64,000 bases of DNA. It comes from an uncultured Gemmatimonadales bacterium. Its GTDB lineage: Bacteria; Gemmatimonadota; Gemmatimonadetes; Longimicrobiales; RSA9. Where the stretch lies: the NCBI GenBank assembly GCA_963798085.1, contig CAWCRS010000010.1, forward strand, positions 115,899-179,898, read 5' to 3'. How positions within the stretch are numbered: position 1 is the first letter of the stretch; every line of letters begins with the position of its first letter. The notes beneath the pieces were generated by a model. That model saw nothing but the letters and a program-made list of their open reading frames with translations, made no database searches and was not told where the DNA came from. Below, in pieces: positions 60,397-64,000 of this stretch. The position numbers and the translations under genes were made by a program.

Positions 60397-60863
60397 GTTC
60401 GGCGGGGTATTCTGCGTCAAGGCGGTTGTGACAGGCGAAATGAACGCTCACACGGTTCAGCCCTGGCGTCAGCGTGGCGCGACGTTGGTTGATTCTCGGC
60501 GTCATCGTGCGGCGAGCCGGAGGGCGTGCGCGTTCCGTTGGCCGGCTATCTGCACCAGTCTGGCCAATCGGTACGATAACGCGTGGTTATTCGCTCAAGT
60601 GCGGTTAACTGAAATCCCCTTTTGGCCCATTTGCAGAAATGCGAGGAGACCCAGGTAAGATCCCACGTCGGCAATGTGCGCTGGCAGGCGTTGCAGAAGA
60701 CGTAGTCCTTGGGTCCAAACTCCGGTTAATCGGAGGCTTCTAATTGTATGGATCCGCTCGCAATGCAAGTCTGCCTTGAGTACCGGCCTCGAGATCGATC
60801 GGACCAGGAGTGTTGTCGTGTGTGCGGTTCGATTGACCAACCGGCCGCTGCAAGTGGGGGCAT

Positions 60864-63800
60864 GTGCTGACGACTCTAGCGGCAGTCCTGGGCATCTACC
60901 GCCTTCTCCCGCCGGGTGTGCGGTCTACTGTCAATGCCACGTGCAGCGCGTTGTTTGAACAGGTCGTTCAGGCTGCCGGTTCAACTGCAATATCTCAATG
61001 CGTGGCTCCGGCGAAACGAGAAAAGTGAGGTCATGTCTGGCGCGTGCCGTCGGCCTGACCTTAGCCAAGTACCCGGACCTCGATACCATCGCGTTGGCAA
61101 CTGACTTTCGGCACCCCCCGCTCAGTGATGAAGTCCTCCGCGTGTTAGTCGACCCAGAGAGCGAACTCGACGAGGCGCGCGTTAGGGCCGCGTTCGACTC
61201 TTCTCCATATGATCTTCCCGCGATTGGCCTCGACGGTGTGGTCGTGCTGGATGAGATCCGGACTACATTCATGGAAGGGCTTCGGCGCGACCCGGCGACG
61301 AGAAACCTATGGGCGAGCGTTACACTTGCTGGCATCCGGGGCGATGTGCGCGCTCTCCGCGATGCCCAAGAGCTGAGAGACCAGAAAATAGGGTCCGGAT
61401 CTTCGCTACTTACTCCCGATGAGTTCTTTGCCCCATGGCTTTCGCCTGGTCGCGTCTTTAGTCACGAGTGGCAATTGGTTGGGCGGGAAGACATTCAAGA
61501 GCAGTTGGTCGGATTCTCCAGCGTGGCGTGTCAGCACCGCGTCGCCATACTGCCCGGACGGGGTGGCATCGGGAAGACACGGCTACTCCTTGCTGTGGCT
61601 CGCGTCCTCGGGAGGGAGACTCCTGCCGCGGTGGTCCGTTTCGTGGCCGACGGGCAGCTTGTCAGCGCAGAGGATATCGCCACGCTTCCTCGGGGGACGG
61701 TGCTATTTCTCGACGACGGCCACAGGCGCCAGGATCTTGATATCATCCTTGCCGCCGTACTGAGGGCACGCCACGCACCCAGGCTGGTGATTTCCACGAG
61801 ACCCTACGGAGTCGCAGCAATCCACGGTCACCTGGCGCGACTCGGATTTGACCTGGGTGAGATTCGAGTCTTGGACGAGTTACGAGAACTGAGCCGGGAT
61901 GAGTCCGTCGTTCTCGCTCGGCAAGCTCTCGGGCCGACGCACGATCATTTGGCAGAAGCGCTCGCGCGGATTACCGGCGACTCGCCGCTCGTTACGGTGG
62001 TTGGCGGCAGGCTTCTCGCCGAAGAAGCGCTTCCACCTGGAATGCTCTCCCACCACCAACAATTCCGGCAGTCCGTGTTGGCTCGGATGGCGAATGAATA
62101 CGCCAACGCGATTGACGATCTCGTCGACCGGATTCTAGCACGCCGTATCCTCGAACTGATTGCAGCGCTCGGCTCGTTCCGAGTAGATAGTGAACAACTG
62201 CTCCATCGTGCCGCTGCCTTTCTTGACATGCAGGCTGACGAGTTGAAGAGAGTCGTGGGAGCTCTTGAGGAGGCGGGCGTCCTCGTGCGGCGAGGAAGTG
62301 CCCTCAGGATAACGCCTGACGTGCTCTCTGACTTTCTATATCACCGCGCAGCGGTCACCGGCGAGAAGGCAACCGGTTTCGTTGACCGCGTCTATTCGAC
62401 TTTCGCAGACCTGGCGGGTCCGCAGATCCTTAGCGGGCTTGCCGAATTGGACTGGCGGGTACGTGAGTCCGATACGGCGGAGATCGACCTACTAGAAGCG
62501 GTGTGGGCCTCTGTAATCGCGGAGTTCCTGACCGCTTCCTACTACGGGCGGGTTGAGATCCTCAGGCTGCTCCGAGGAGTGACGCTCTACCAACCGAAAC
62601 GGGTGCTGGAGTTGGTTGAGTTGGCTCTGCGCGAGGAATGTTGCTCCCCAGGCCGATCAGCCTGCGTTCGCGGACCTGGCGTGGACCCAGACGAGCGTGC
62701 TTCATGCGATTCCGCCGCTCCTACAGGGGGTGGCGTACCATCCGGATTATCGAGATAGAGCGCTCGATCTCCTCTGGGTCATCGCCAAAGCTGATAGCCG
62801 TGAGCTCAATCCAAACCCAGAGCATCCCATTCGAGTGTTGGCTGACCTAGCGAGCTATAACACTCAGCGCCTCGAAATGATGTCGTCGGTAGTCGACGCG
62901 GTCGAGCGGTGGTTGGCAGCGTCTGACGTGCATGACTGTGCCTACTCGGTTCTGGATGTCGTCGACCCAATGTTGGAGAAGGCCGGCAGCTGCACGGAGG
63001 CGCAGGGTCACCAGATCGCCTTTCATCCCTATTTCGTGAATCCGGAAACCACGAAGGACGTACGGCGTCGCGCCCTCGCCATCGTAGATCAATGCCTTGA
63101 AGCGCCTTCTCTCAAGGTAGTGCTTCGCGCCGTCAGTTCATTGAGAGACGCCCTTAGGCGTCCAATGGGGCACTTTGGCCTTTCTGCAGACGACGATCTC
63201 CACGAACGGTGGCTTCCCGAGCAGCGTGCGGTTGTTGATAGACTCAGACTCGTAATCGACTCGCAGCCGGACCCACTTGTTGTGATCGCCGTGTGTGATG
63301 CAGTCTCCTGGCAGGCTCGCTATGAGTCACACGAGGAACTCAGGGATGCGGCAAGGGAGATAATCTCTGCCGTGCCATGGTCCTTTGACTTGGGGATGAC
63401 GAAGCACTTGACGGGCGGCCATTTCCGCCTGGAGTTGAAAGGCGAGACGGAGCCACATTGGGAAGAGGAGTCCGAGGACTGGCGTGCGCAGGAGGCCCGT
63501 ATGGATGTCGAGCGCCAGCATCTCGTGGACGAGTTCGTCACTCTGTATCCAGAGGCATCGGACGGTGCTGAGTGGGTTGAAGATAGGCTCGTAGCTATCA
63601 ATGAGGCTGGCGAGCAATGCGCCGGGGGAGAGCTTCTCGCCAAGCTCTCGGAGCGGCACGCTGCGTATGGCGCCGATCTTGTTCGCCGCGTGATGAATGA
63701 TGTCTCCTCGGCCTTGACCGAATACTTAGGTGCTCTCATGGTTGGTCTACGACGCACCGACAATGCGACAACATTCTCCTTCTGCAAAGAGGTGGCAACC

Positions 63801-64000
63801 AACGACGAACCGCGGCTGCGCGCTTCCGCGGCCTTCGTGTGTCGTCAGGCAATGCGGGATCCAACGCCGGCCAACGATTGGGTGTCGATTCTAAGGCAGC
63901 TGTTGCGTGACCAGAACGGGTGGGTCGTGAGGACCGCTCTCCATGCACTGTTGATCCTGAGCGAGAGGGATGCGGCGCTGGCGGAGGAATTAGCTCTGGA
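60864..64000 (+). CDS. Large STAND-class NTPase with helical-repeat C-terminus (Avs/NLR-like; frameshifted, 3' end outside window)
   Basis: LVGRE, Walker A GRGGIGKT, Walker B LFLDD, ISTRPY, GDSPLV. After a shift near 62635 an open helical frame (LDLLWVIAKADSRELNPNPEHPIRVL...) continues to the window end. Probable 5' part starts at GTG 60864. Confidence 0.72.

Overview
High-GC bacterial window, densely coding. Gene content and protein style (PadR + duplicated orphan permeases, VPS10/BNR hydrolases with Gly/Arg-rich linkers, carboxypeptidase-regulatory-domain proteins) suggest Gemmatimonadota or Acidobacteriota; this is inference only. Many genes carry single-base frameshifts, most likely long-read assembly indels. 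Contents in order: a czcCBA-type metal efflux operon preceded by a RAPP-motif leader peptide and a hairpin over the RBS; a VPS10 hydrolase; PadR-ADOP permease; an amidohydrolase/enoyl-CoA hydratase/acyl-CoA ligase/GGT operon; an exported peroxiredoxin with in-frame UGA at the catalytic Cys position and a SECIS-like hairpin (probable selenoprotein); lspA; ccdA-tlpA; a tightly coupled 7-gene operon (NtrY/NtrX-like two-component pair, lipoprotein, Omp85-like barrel, DUF4390, luxE, luxC, with no luxAB/luxD); an orphan GspE/PilB ATPase; an ABC pair; a nested inverted-repeat element; a second PadR-ADOP pair; BlaI/BlaR-like pair; APC permease; a second VPS10 hydrolase; deacetylase; M61 peptidase; vWA protein; mutY; and, in a more AT-rich terminal segment, a large STAND/Avs-like NTPase running off the window. 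I found no rRNA, tRNA, CRISPR array or transposase. Family calls come from motif recognition only; no searches were run.
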